Positions 1 to 9,804 of a stretch of 64,000 bases of DNA are shown piece by piece (the stretch's first letter is position 1; each line of letters begins with the position of its first letter). The notes beneath the pieces were generated by a model. It searched no databases. It was not told where the DNA came from and worked only from the letters and a program-made list of their open reading frames with translations. Source of the DNA: a virus. A program made the position numbers and the translations under genes. The DNA lies in IMG/VR virus record IMGVR_UViG_3300045988_091011, positions 50,138 through 114,137 of that record. One strand, given 5' to 3'.

Positions 1-15
1 GAAAATTTCAGGCAG

Positions 16-3000
16 ATGGTTGATATGATGCCTATTTCGGAAATAGCCGAAGCTAATGGAATGTCTTTGGAAGAGGCAAAGAAATACAAGGATTCTATTA
101 TTGATAATTATAATAATCGTCTTTCTGATTTCAGATCTGCTCAAGGTTTTGCCGAAGATCTTATAGGTGATGACTCTAAGATCGAATTTAGAAAATACGT
201 GGCTCGTAATGCTTTTCTTGGTCTTCAATCGGAATCAAGAATGAAAGACATAGCTTCTGTCATAGAAACGCTTTCGGGGCAGCCTCGCGTGGCGGATGCG
301 CTAAGTACGTTTTCCCGGCTGTCGGGCAGGGCGAGGGAGCGGGCTATGGCTATTCGTGGCATACGGTCAAGGATAGAAGAGCTTGAATCCGAAATAGAAG
401 ATCTTGCTACTCGTCCTCGTAACGTAGATGGAAAAGACCCACAAGCTGAATCCATACAACGAAAAACCAAAGAATTGGAAGATCTTAGAACCAATTACAA
501 TAATTCGTTATCTGAGTTATCAACGTTAATAGGAAAAGAGTTTTCGATAGAAGAGTTGGTAAGTAAAACCGAATCTGTTTTATCATCTCCTCTTTCTCCC
601 ATAAGTTCACAAGATGTAATAGAGGCCTATGATACGCTTGTAGCTTTTGATGATTATTTCAATGTGAAATCAAGACAGGAAAAGAAGTTTACAGCCAAAG
701 ACAAAGCCATGAGATCCTTGGTAAATGAATACCGCAGGAGTTTGATGGACTATAGAAATATGAATAACTTCTTATCTAAGATGCTTGATAAAAGATTCTT
801 AGCTGAGGAAAACAGGGGATTTTCAAAAGCGCTGTCTTCTCTATGGTCTACTCCTTATAAGGGGGATGACAAGGTTCCTGATTTTGCAGAGCCTAATAAA
901 GTTGGTGAATATGACACTGATGAGGTAGTAGATCAAGCTGTGTCAGAAGGTAAGATTTCGGAAGACGAAGCTTGGACTATCAAGGCTTTTATGCATGCTC
1001 TTGATAGAGTAAGAGAAGATAGGATGAAGGAAGCGGAAGATAATATAAAAGAGTCTCCACTTACGGAATCTGTATCGGATGAAGATTATGAAGCTGCTAT
1101 GGATAATCCTATTACGGTCCCGGTCGTAAGGCAGTCTATAATTGATAAATTATATACAGGAAATACCGATCTTCTTACTGCAAGGGAAAAAGATGTGTAT
1201 GATAAATACAAACAAGATTTTGATGATTATGTATCGTCTTTAGGTGATAGTCCTGTTAATTTTATAAAATCATTATCTGAAAAGGCTGACAGGCTTACAA
1301 GTCCGAGATCAGTATATGAGGAAAATAAAGCTATTATTGATATGGCTAAGTCTAATTTGGAGCCAGATCAAAGAAAGGAGCTTGATGATGCTATTTCTTC
1401 GTATGTTGATATAATGAACAGGCGGGACAAAGGAGAGAAAGTTGACGAAGATAAACTTGCAGATTCGGTATTTACCATAGAAGATCTTGGCCAGGTTGGA
1501 AATATCACAGATCTCCTTCCTTATATTGAACAGAACAGGATTATTGATAAAGGTCGTATTTCTGAATCTACGTTAAGTAATTTCGGGGAGGATGATGCTA
1601 ATATAGATTCTCTTGTAAATGAATTAGACGAATCTGATAATACGCCTGGAGCCAATATAGATAGCGCCCAGAATCCAGAGACGTTGATGGTAAGAAGAAT
1701 CTCTAATGATGGCAATGAAAGGTATGAAATTGCGGGTCTTAGAGCCGATAAATTTATATCTTCTATAAAATCATTGGTTCCTATTCAAATAAGCTCTGAA
1801 ACGAACGCTAATGGCACTAAAAGGTATTCTCTTAACATAGGTGGGGAAACGGCTACTATAATTGAACTGCCTTATCATGCGAGATGGTCTATAGACAAAG
1901 AATCGGCTCGTGTTCTTAATCGCTACACAGACGTGTCTATTCAGGACGTGGGTAATTCCTATTCTTTGGTTTATAAGCGTCTTGATTCAGATGAATTGGT
2001 TCCGTACAGAACGGGTGTCGGATTCGGAGAGAATGAGGTAGATAAAATAGATCAGGAAGCATTATCTTCTTTGAAAAAAGGAGATAAGGTTAATCTCGAA
2101 ATAGATGTAAATGATACTTATAATCAGTCTCTTTTTGCCGAATACAATGATGCTGTTCAGTCCGGCGATAAAAAAAGAATAGAATCTGCTGAGAATAAAC
2201 TGGTGTCCAATATGGTTATCAAGGTCATGAGTGGGAACAGATTCGTTTCTGTTGTAAAAGCTGATACAGGAGGCATAGATGGTATAAGTAAAATAAGAAG
2301 AACGGCTTTTAACAAGTGGAAGAAGGACGCCGGCCGGTCGGCTACCATCGGCGTCGGCACGCATGTTGTTGCCCAGACCCTTCCCGGAAGACCGGTGTTT
2401 AACATGAAGGTGAACGGTCAAGGATATGGCCAGGTAGAAAATCTCCCCATTACCGAAAAAGGTGCTGAAAAAATATCTGATGTAGGATATGTATTAAATG
2501 GCAAAGTCGTGCTTAAGAACGGATCTAAATACACAGGCTTCCCATTTGCTTATTCTATATTAAATGACAAGGGGAATAATTACAAAAATGTAAGAGTTCC
2601 GGTAGTTGTCATCAAAGGTAAAAACGGTCTTAATTATCTTTTCCCAGTTAGCCTACGTTCTGTAGAATCAGAGGAAGGGCAGAAATGGATGTCTTTTATA
2701 GATATGCTGCTTGAATCTGGTGATTCTGAATTGCTACAGATGGGTCAAGATGATATACAAGATCTTAATGCGTATCTAACCAAGTTAGGCCTTGATCCGG
2801 CTTCGTATCAAGTATCGTATTTGAATCCTATTTCAGGGCTTAGAAAAGCTCGTGAGGCTATAGAGAAATTATCTACGGTTCCTGATGTTGTTAAGTGGGT
2901 AGAAGATGGAAGTAGGAGCGTGAAAGACATTGTGACGTCTGAAGTAGAATCTGGAATAGATTTCGAAGGTGAGATGTTTGTTGCTCCTAAGATCAGGATC

Positions 3001-4836
3001 CAGTTTGGTAAATCATCTTCCAGACCTAAGTCGCTTATAGAGGATGATCTTCCTTTCTCTGATGAGGGTAAGACCGTTACTTCTAAAGAATACGTGGAAG
3101 TTTACGAAGAGGAAATGCCAGAGGAAGGGGCTGTCCGGGAGACTCAGCCGGCGCCATTAGCTCAGCCGGCTCCTGCGGCACAAGCTGCGCAGTCTTTACC
3201 TGGCAAGAAGCGTACCTCCAGGAAAAACTTCTCTATCATGTTGAGTGAAATAGAATCTCATACAGAAAAAGAGGGATTGCCGCCTTATGCTAATATTTTT
3301 GATTTTATAGCAAGGAAGATTGTAGGAGGTGACTTGAGGTTTCTTCGTGAGAGAGGTAATCCTAAAAGTCTTAAGGAGGAAATGGGATTAGAACCTAAAG
3401 GAACAGTAGGGGATAAGATATCCACTCCTTCCAGTAAAGGTGGTAAGACCTTAGATGAATACGTTTCTTGGCTTCGTTCTCAAACAGATCAGGTGGTGGT
3501 TGATTATGTTGGGCCAAGATCTGACGAACAAATTATATCAGAGTTGAAAAACTTTTTGAAATATATTAATTTTGTTCCGAGCAAGGCTTTGAATTATTCT
3601 CTTAGAGTCAATGGCATGGATACCCTAAAAGAATATGGCACAAAAGAGGAAGTAGAAAAAATGGAATCTGATATCAATAGTTTGGTTTCTAAAGTTTTGC
3701 CTACGGTGGATAATAAAACTGTAGAAGATGTTTCTACTGCAATAAAATCAAACAACTTGCCTGCCATATGGAGGCCCGTGGAAAGCCTTGATATGACAAA
3801 CGAGGAAAAAATAGAGTTTTTGAATAACGTAGCAGATTTCCTTAGCGGCATACCAGAGTATGATGCTGTCGTGGAGTCTATAGAGTCAGAATCAGATAAT
3901 ATTTTAAATGATGGAAAAGAAGGAAGTGCAGAAGGCGGTGCAGTACGCACTGAGGAAGATGGCGATAAAAAGGGAGATGGAGAAGGCAAAGGACAATCCA
4001 GAACAAATGTCGAAGTTGAAAGAAATGTCGAATTACCTGGATCTCAAGAAGGAAGAGTAGATAACTATAGAAAGAACGGAGATAAGTTCTCTGACATTGC
4101 TGAAGTTACTTTATGGCTACTTAGAAGGGCTTCCGGCATAACCTCTATTCCGGAAGGAGAAGAGGTTTATGTAGAGGGAGATGAGGTTAATAGCATTATG
4201 ACCGATATGGAATCAAGGTATGGTATAGACACCATCAATCACTCGCATACGACTAAGGCTATAAGGGACCTTAACGGCGTATCAGGTTATAAAGTAGAAT
4301 ACGGCTTAACCTTTTTGACATACGATCCTTTTATTAGAATATCCAATCTAAGGAAAGGATCTAAGGCTGCGAAAGACGAACCTCGTATATCCGAAGAGCC
4401 GCTTACTCACATATCAAGGGTAACAACCCCTTATTTCCTGTACGGCGGTGATGAAGCATATACATCTGTTCCGGCTAAGGTAGAGCCTATACCGGAGAAG
4501 ATAATGGGTCGTAATGGTATTAAATTTGGTATGAGTGTAGTCGAGCTAACCAAATTAGGGTACAAAAAAGCTGGTGGAAACTGGATATATAAATTCTATA
4601 TGAACTCAGGTGTGTATGATTTGTATAATATCAGTACCGGTGAAGCGTTTAGGGCAAAACCGGATCTTGGAGTTAAGATAAGTTCCAGTGCATTCATCCG
4701 TTCTTTATCTCAATCTGGTAGAAAAATACAAAATATGATGAGTAACATGAGCCAGGAAGAGATAGATAGGAATAAGAATCTTGTAGAAGGTTCTGATAAT
4801 TCGGATTCGATAAATGAGTTAAACAAGGAGTGTTGA
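16..4836 (+). CDS. Very large hypothetical protein (>=1606 aa). The frame is open from window position 1, so the N-terminus probably lies upstream of the window. Contains an acidic PAPLAQPAPAAQAAQ linker.
   Basis: Uninterrupted 4.8-kb ORF with no stop between positions 1 and 16 in frame. Protein-like composition. No catalytic motif recognised. Confidence 0.8.
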   Translation: MVDMMPISEIAEANGMSLEEAKKYKDSIIDNYNNRLSDFRSAQGFAEDLIGDDSKIEFRKYVARNAFLGLQSESRMKDIASVIETLSGQPRVADALSTFSRLSGRARERAMAIRGIRSRIEELESEIEDLATRPRNVDGKDPQAESIQRKTKELEDLRTNYNNSLSELSTLIGKEFSIEELVSKTESVLSSPLSPISSQDVIEAYDTLVAFDDYFNVKSRQEKKFTAKDKAMRSLVNEYRRSLMDYRNMNNFLSKMLDKRFLAEENRGFSKALSSLWSTPYKGDDKVPDFAEPNKVGEYDTDEVVDQAVSEGKISEDEAWTIKAFMHALDRVREDRMKEAEDNIKESPLTESVSDEDYEAAMDNPITVPVVRQSIIDKLYTGNTDLLTAREKDVYDKYKQDFDDYVSSLGDSPVNFIKSLSEKADRLTSPRSVYEENKAIIDMAKSNLEPDQRKELDDAISSYVDIMNRRDKGEKVDEDKLADSVFTIEDLGQVGNITDLLPYIEQNRIIDKGRISESTLSNFGEDDANIDSLVNELDESDNTPGANIDSAQNPETLMVRRISNDGNERYEIAGLRADKFISSIKSLVPIQISSETNANGTKRYSLNIGGETATIIELPYHARWSIDKESARVLNRYTDVSIQDVGNSYSLVYKRLDSDELVPYRTGVGFGENEVDKIDQEALSSLKKGDKVNLEIDVNDTYNQSLFAEYNDAVQSGDKKRIESAENKLVSNMVIKVMSGNRFVSVVKADTGGIDGISKIRRTAFNKWKKDAGRSATIGVGTHVVAQTLPGRPVFNMKVNGQGYGQVENLPITEKGAEKISDVGYVLNGKVVLKNGSKYTGFPFAYSILNDKGNNYKNVRVPVVVIKGKNGLNYLFPVSLRSVESEEGQKWMSFIDMLLESGDSELLQMGQDDIQDLNAYLTKLGLDPASYQVSYLNPISGLRKAREAIEKLSTVPDVVKWVEDGSRSVKDIVTSEVESGIDFEGEMFVAPKIRIQFGKSSSRPKSLIEDDLPFSDEGKTVTSKEYVEVYEEEMPEEGAVRETQPAPLAQPAPAAQAAQSLPGKKRTSRKNFSIMLSEIESHTEKEGLPPYANIFDFIARKIVGGDLRFLRERGNPKSLKEEMGLEPKGTVGDKISTPSSKGGKTLDEYVSWLRSQTDQVVVDYVGPRSDEQIISELKNFLKYINFVPSKALNYSLRVNGMDTLKEYGTKEEVEKMESDINSLVSKVLPTVDNKTVEDVSTAIKSNNLPAIWRPVESLDMTNEEKIEFLNNVADFLSGIPEYDAVVESIESESDNILNDGKEGSAEGGAVRTEEDGDKKGDGEGKGQSRTNVEVERNVELPGSQEGRVDNYRKNGDKFSDIAEVTLWLLRRASGITSIPEGEEVYVEGDEVNSIMTDMESRYGIDTINHSHTTKAIRDLNGVSGYKVEYGLTFLTYDPFIRISNLRKGSKAAKDEPRISEEPLTHISRVTTPYFLYGGDEAYTSVPAKVEPIPEKIMGRNGIKFGMSVVELTKLGYKKAGGNWIYKFYMNSGVYDLYNISTGEAFRAKPDLGVKISSSAFIRSLSQSGRKIQNMMSNMSQEEIDRNKNLVEGSDNSDSINELNKEC

Positions 4837-4838
4837 GT

Positions 4839-5417
4839 ATGAGAAGGAGATACGAAGATATTTCAGGTCTTGTTCAGTACCAGTTGAAGACCAATCAGCA
4901 GGGGAATATAGAGGTTTATGTTGATGACAGGTTTGTTGGAAACGTAAGTGAAGGAGTCTGTAATTGGAAGGATATTGAATACAAGAGTAAGGTTACTATA
5001 TCTTTGAAAGGAGTCGAGGATAAGGCTAAAACTTCAAGTAAACGAGTCGGTCCCTATTGTCACATTAGTAGCATATTTGGAGGAAATGAATCTTATCATG
5101 CAGGTCCGGATAGTAATATAAAAAAGAGTCCGGTTACTACCTTTATAATGTATTGCTATAAAAATGGGGATATTACAACTACCACCACTTATACTAAAAA
5201 TTTATCTGGGATTCTTCAGATAGGTAAAACACAATTGACTATCAATTACAAACAAAGTAAAAGTCAGTCTTTTTCCGGTGGTTCTGGAGATTATGTAACA
5301 TCCGTATCTGATTTCCCTTTTGTTACTGGTCCAGGAAATGATAGCGTTGAGTTCGAAGGAGAGGGAAGATTAATAGTTGAGACAGAGGCTTCACATTATG
5401 AAATAGAAGTTTCATAA
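4839..5417 (+). CDS. Hypothetical protein (about 192 aa from ATG 4839; the track's 4830 start is a GTG).
   Basis: ORF with SD-like aaggag at 4825-4830, 8 nt upstream of ATG 4839. Follows the 1606-aa ORF stop at 4836. Confidence 0.65.
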   Translation: MRRRYEDISGLVQYQLKTNQQGNIEVYVDDRFVGNVSEGVCNWKDIEYKSKVTISLKGVEDKAKTSSKRVGPYCHISSIFGGNESYHAGPDSNIKKSPVTTFIMYCYKNGDITTTTTYTKNLSGILQIGKTQLTINYKQSKSQSFSGGSGDYVTSVSDFPFVTGPGNDSVEFEGEGRLIVETEASHYEIEVS

Positions 5418-5432
5418 TTTCTATTTTTATAA

Positions 5433-5440
5433 TATCTTTG
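5433..5440 (+). promoter_or_regulatory. Candidate Bacteroidetes-type -7 promoter element (TAtcTTTG).
   Basis: Matches TAnnTTTG. An ATG (5459) lies about 19 nt downstream. Confidence 0.3.
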
Positions 5441-5458
5441 TCTAAAATATTTATCGTT

Positions 5459-7714
5459 ATGGGATTAAAATGTCAGATAGAAAAGAAGGAAAATAAAATA
5501 GAACGGGTTGAGGCTCCTAACGGTGAGCCTTCCGTTCTTTACGAAAGTGCCTTAAAATTATTAGGAAACAGCGAGCGAGCTCTTCAAGTATGGGCTAAGG
5601 CTTACACCTCTGATTTTTTGTCGTATTATGGTCATTGGAATAACCCGGCTCCAGGGGGGATGTTTAATACCGATCCTAATGGCGAACCTCTTTTAGAAGA
5701 TGTGCTGTCGTATATGAAGCGTCAGGCTTATTTTTCCGATCCCTTAACGGCTCAGGATGTTAAGGATGTAAGAGATGTTATGATATCCAATTCCATATAT
5801 AGCATACGATCTCTTATTAATAGAGTTAGAAGCTCTTTTTATGTGGATGGTAATCTTATCCTAAATGAAGAAAATCTAAGGAGATCCGGCTTGTACAATG
5901 AGACAGAGATAAGTAGGATATTAGATAATCCTTCTGTACTTAATGAGGTCAGCTCTTTTATGAGGTTATTATTAGATTATTCCAATAACGAACACGATCT
6001 CGGGAAAGAGTCTTACTTCACGACCGTAGAAAAACCATACGGTCCTGTTGTGTATAAAAATGGCGTCTTCAATAAATTAGGAAAGAGAGCATCATACAAT
6101 CCGGCTGAAGTTTATGAGGCTATAAAAAATACAGTAGGAGGTATTAGTGTTGCTTCAGAGTTTGATTCTGCTTTCGGATCTTTATCTGATTCATATCCGG
6201 AGTTAGTTGAAAGATATCAGTCGGATAAGAGTTTTGCCTTGTCGCTGTTCAACGAATTTTCGAATATGAACATCGTTCCGGTTGTAACTTTAGAAGATAA
6301 TAATATCGTAGAAGGGAAAAGGCGGTCATTGTCAAAGTTGCAAGATTATGCTTATTACAGCCCTATTGGATCTGAGTCATTACGAGCCCGTATATCAGCC
6401 TTTCTAAACAGGGTTAATGCTGATACAGAAGAAGACCTTAGAAGTATGATATGGGACGTAGAAGAGGCTTGTATAGGTCTTGGTATAGATATCGTAGGCG
6501 TGTCTAAGGCGTATGACGGAACAGAAGAATCGCTGAATAAAATTGATAGCTTGATGTTGGATCTTGATATTTATGTAGCAAGGCACAACGATGACACTTA
6601 TGCTCCTACCTTAGCTTCTGCTATCGATGACGTTCTTGGAGATAGCCATGATCGTCGTGTCATGTTTCTGCCAGAGTATATGGATAATATGAATATCGTT
6701 TATATGGAATCTGACATAGATCCAGTATCGGCATTTGAAAATCATTCCCTGCTTTATCTTGGTGGAAACCTATATCATAAGGTAGAAAGAGATAATTTAA
6801 GTGATTTGTACGATATGGCTGCCGAGCTTGCCAAGCAGAGTCTAACTTATTTCCCGCCTGGTATCTATCCTGAATATTGTTTTAAGGATGGTGTTTTAGA
6901 TAAGCTCCTCGTGAAAAACGTAGATAGTAAGGTCCTTGCTGATTCTATTAAAAAATACGTCCTGTCTTATACCGATTCTCAGAATACGGAAGAGATGAAT
7001 GCTACCAGATTGGCATTCGGTCATCTTGTTGTTCCCGGAAGCCCGTATGTTAATGAAGAACGGGAGTTTAGCCGATACATAAACAGAAAGCAGGACAAAG
7101 AGAATCCTTTACTCTTATTCGATTTATACCAATCTTATCTTGAAAATAAGCTTCATAATACGGAAGTGTACGAAGGGGCATACAAGTATCTTGACTTTAA
7201 ACCAGATCATTTACTGGGTCTTACCATTTCAGATCCGGATACGTTAAAACAAATTGAACTATCTTTGGCAGGTAATGATCGTGAACAGTTATTTGAGTAT
7301 AGCATGAGCAGTACCGATCCTTCTTTTACAGATCTGTTCTATTTGGATTATTATGATATGTTATATGCCGGTTCTGATTTCTATCACGATCTTTTTACAA
7401 AACATCCTAATCTCTTAAATGAGGTTCGGGATCATAACATAACTAATCAGGATGATAATGTTATCGTAGAAGGGTTGTATGATAATTTTATCAGAATAGG
7501 AAACACGGTGTTCACTAAAGTCGGCGAAAGTAGTTCCGGCTCTATCTACCAAAATCTAACAGGAACCGAATCGGAGGTGAAATACGATTCTACCCAAAAG
7601 GTAAAGGCAGTAGAAACCGATTATGCTCCATACCAAAACAGATCTGGCTTGACGCAAGACATGACCGTAAGCAAGTCTGAATTAGGTGATCTTAATAAAT
7701 TGGAATGCAGGTAA
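5459..7714 (+). CDS. Large hypothetical protein (about 751 aa; the track start 5438 is a TTG, and ATG 5459 is the more likely start).
   Basis: Long ORF followed by a clean hairpin terminator. Confidence 0.75.
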   Translation: MGLKCQIEKKENKIERVEAPNGEPSVLYESALKLLGNSERALQVWAKAYTSDFLSYYGHWNNPAPGGMFNTDPNGEPLLEDVLSYMKRQAYFSDPLTAQDVKDVRDVMISNSIYSIRSLINRVRSSFYVDGNLILNEENLRRSGLYNETEISRILDNPSVLNEVSSFMRLLLDYSNNEHDLGKESYFTTVEKPYGPVVYKNGVFNKLGKRASYNPAEVYEAIKNTVGGISVASEFDSAFGSLSDSYPELVERYQSDKSFALSLFNEFSNMNIVPVVTLEDNNIVEGKRRSLSKLQDYAYYSPIGSESLRARISAFLNRVNADTEEDLRSMIWDVEEACIGLGIDIVGVSKAYDGTEESLNKIDSLMLDLDIYVARHNDDTYAPTLASAIDDVLGDSHDRRVMFLPEYMDNMNIVYMESDIDPVSAFENHSLLYLGGNLYHKVERDNLSDLYDMAAELAKQSLTYFPPGIYPEYCFKDGVLDKLLVKNVDSKVLADSIKKYVLSYTDSQNTEEMNATRLAFGHLVVPGSPYVNEEREFSRYINRKQDKENPLLLFDLYQSYLENKLHNTEVYEGAYKYLDFKPDHLLGLTISDPDTLKQIELSLAGNDREQLFEYSMSSTDPSFTDLFYLDYYDMLYAGSDFYHDLFTKHPNLLNEVRDHNITNQDDNVIVEGLYDNFIRIGNTVFTKVGESSSGSIYQNLTGTESEVKYDSTQKVKAVETDYAPYQNRSGLTQDMTVSKSELGDLNKLECR

Positions 7715-7760
7715 TTTTTGTATACATATAATATAGTTTTTTCATAATTACAATTTGGAA

Positions 7761-7791
7761 AGTGAGGCTTGTGAAAGTCTCACTTTTCTCA
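7761..7791 (+). terminator. Rho-independent terminator (AGTGAG-loop-CTCACT followed by TTTTCTC).
   Basis: 6-bp perfect stem, 12-nt loop and T-run read directly, 47 nt after the stop at 7714. Confidence 0.6.
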
Positions 7792-8208
7792 TATATGCAC
7801 GTATATCAACAACATACAAGAAAAGTTAGATTTTCATTGCTTATGGATTATTTTTATTAAGTTTGCGATATTAGTTTCAGGAAGGGATTATAGAAAATAG
7901 GGAAAAGTAAGAACCGAACGTAACTAATAACAGTAGGAAATGAGAATCAGTACCATCAAACGTAACAACAGCATTCATCTTATGTATAAAAACATTATGA
8001 ATGATTTAGGTCAATTAAGAACTGTAGTTTCAAAATCCTATATTTATAATCTGATACAAAATCAAACCGGATTAAGTATCAGAACTATATCCCATGTCTT
8101 GAATCACACAAAAGAACAGGATACAGATTCTTTGTGAAAACCATACATTTTCATACATTTGTGTGTTCTTTAGTTTTTAGATTTAAGTTTTTCATGGTAT
8201 TAGTTTAG

Positions 8209-8243
8209 AGATCAGGGCTCGCAGTGATGCGGGCTCTGGTTTG
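8209..8243 (+). repeat. Left subterminal hairpin repeat of the TnpB element.
   Basis: 35-bp sequence that recurs at 9609-9643 with about 5 mismatches. Internal palindrome cagggc...gctctg. Confidence 0.65.
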
Positions 8244-8378
8244 TTTTAAGAAGTATTAAAATATTTGCTATTTAAGATCCTGTTCCTATTTTTGTTCCAG
8301 AAACAATGAACGACGAGATGGTGTAATATTTTGCTCATCTTATTAAAAATGATTATATTCATATCATAAATCATTCAA

Positions 8379-9566
8379 ATGAGATTAGTTGAAAGACATA
8401 TAGTTAAAGACAACCGTTTTGAGGATATTTGCCTCAAATCAGGTTTGTTGTACAATTATGTTCTTTACAATATCCGTCAAGAAATATTTTCTGGTAACTA
8501 TTTAAAGGAATTTGATTTATCAAACAAACTTTGCAAAGAAAACCAATTCGATTTCAGGAATTTGCCTAATCATGTTTCACAGCAGGTGATTAAACAGGTA
8601 TTTAAAAATATAAAATCCTGGATGAGATTAAAGAAAGATTTTGAAAAGAATCCTTCAAAATATGGTAATCATCGTCCTCATCTACCTTCATACAAACGAG
8701 GTAAGAAACAAAACATGGTTGTTTTTACTAACTGTGATTGCAGGATAAAAGATGATAATCATATTCATTTTGTTAAAAACGTGATCGAATCAATCAAAAC
8801 AAATGTAAAGAAAGATGAATTAAAACAAGTTAGAATCATACCTCAAGCTACCTGTTATGTAGTAGAGGTAGTTTATGAAAGAAAGGAAGCTGATCTTGGT
8901 TTAGATAAAGACAATTTTCTTTCGATTGATTTAGGATTGAATAATTTATGTTCATGTATTAGTAATGTAGTTAATTCTTTCATTATAAACGGACGGGTTA
9001 TGAAATCAGTAAATCAGTGGTACAATAAGAAGAAAGCTAAGTTGATGTCTTTTATTGGTAATAAGGGAACTTCGAATAGGATAAGAAGAATTACTTTGTT
9101 TAGAAATTGTTGGATAGAAGACAAGTTGCATAAGATCGGTAGATATATTGTCAACTTCTGTAGATCAAACAATATAGGAACAATCATCATCGGATTAAAC
9201 AAAGAATGGAAAAACGAGATAAATATTGGTAAAAGGAATAACCAACATTTTGTTTCTATTCCTCATTCTAAGTTAATAGATAAGATTGTTTACAAAGCAA
9301 AGTTATTAGGAATTAATGTTGTTATACATGAAGAATCTTATACATCAAAGATTGATCATCTTGCTTTTGAGCCTCTAAAGAAACAAGAATCCTACTTAGG
9401 TAGAAGGAAGAAACGTGGATTGTTCCAAAGTTCTATTGGAAAGTTGATAAATGCAGATATCAATGGAGCTATAGGAATAGCAAGAAAAGTAGTCGGTGAT
9501 TCTTTCATTGGAAAGATAATCGATAGTGGGTTCGTGTTTAATCCAGTTAGATTAAATATTTTGTAA
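8379..9566 (+). CDS. tnpB: TnpB-like RuvC nuclease (OMEGA effector), 395 aa, lacking the usual CxxC...CxxC zinc finger.
   Basis: RuvC-I LSIDLGLNNL, RuvC-II VVIHEESYTSKID and RuvC-III INADINGAIGIARK read in the translation. No Cys occurs between RuvC-II and RuvC-III. Flanked by the IS hairpin repeats. Confidence 0.75.
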   Translation: MRLVERHIVKDNRFEDICLKSGLLYNYVLYNIRQEIFSGNYLKEFDLSNKLCKENQFDFRNLPNHVSQQVIKQVFKNIKSWMRLKKDFEKNPSKYGNHRPHLPSYKRGKKQNMVVFTNCDCRIKDDNHIHFVKNVIESIKTNVKKDELKQVRIIPQATCYVVEVVYERKEADLGLDKDNFLSIDLGLNNLCSCISNVVNSFIINGRVMKSVNQWYNKKKAKLMSFIGNKGTSNRIRRITLFRNCWIEDKLHKIGRYIVNFCRSNNIGTIIIGLNKEWKNEINIGKRNNQHFVSIPHSKLIDKIVYKAKLLGINVVIHEESYTSKIDHLAFEPLKKQESYLGRRKKRGLFQSSIGKLINADINGAIGIARKVVGDSFIGKIIDSGFVFNPVRLNIL

Positions 9567-9608
9567 TACAAGATTGAATCTAATGAATAATTTTAATAAC
9601 ATTAGTGT

Positions 9609-9643
9609 AGATCAGGGATAGCAGTGATGCGGGCCCTGGTTTG
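9609..9643 (+). repeat. Right subterminal hairpin repeat of the TnpB element (CAGGG-16nt-CCCTG).
   Basis: Copy of the 8209-8243 repeat, 43 nt downstream of the tnpB stop. Confidence 0.65.
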
Positions 9644-9804
9644 ATTTACAGCGCTTTACCCAAAATGGGAAAAGCGTAAGTTATTGATTGTCAAGTTTTC
9701 CCCTTAAATGGGGAAAATTACTCATTGTGTATTATTTTTCTGTCTTTTCTGAAAATACTTCTCTTCTATAGGAAATAAACACACCCATATTCCACCCTGC
9801 AATC

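Larger units (their letters stand above)
8196..9660 (+). mobile_element. IS200/IS605-family-like insertion carrying only a TnpB gene (no tnpA), bounded by near-identical 35-bp subterminal hairpin repeats.
   Basis: TnpB RuvC motifs in the ORF. The repeat agatcaggg.t.gcagtgatgcggg..ctggtttg occurs at 8209-8243 and 9609-9643, exactly 1400 bp apart. Each can fold as CAGGG...CCCTG. The interior looks more AT-rich than the flanks. Confidence 0.6.

Noticed and set aside
225-3989. Several (-)-strand ORFs (225-494, 1521-1715, 2062-2421, 2157-2405, 3594-3989) inside the 1606-aa gene.
   Set aside because: They sit entirely within, and antisense to, a long well-supported ORF. They have low-complexity Ser/Leu-rich translations. 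No independent signals.
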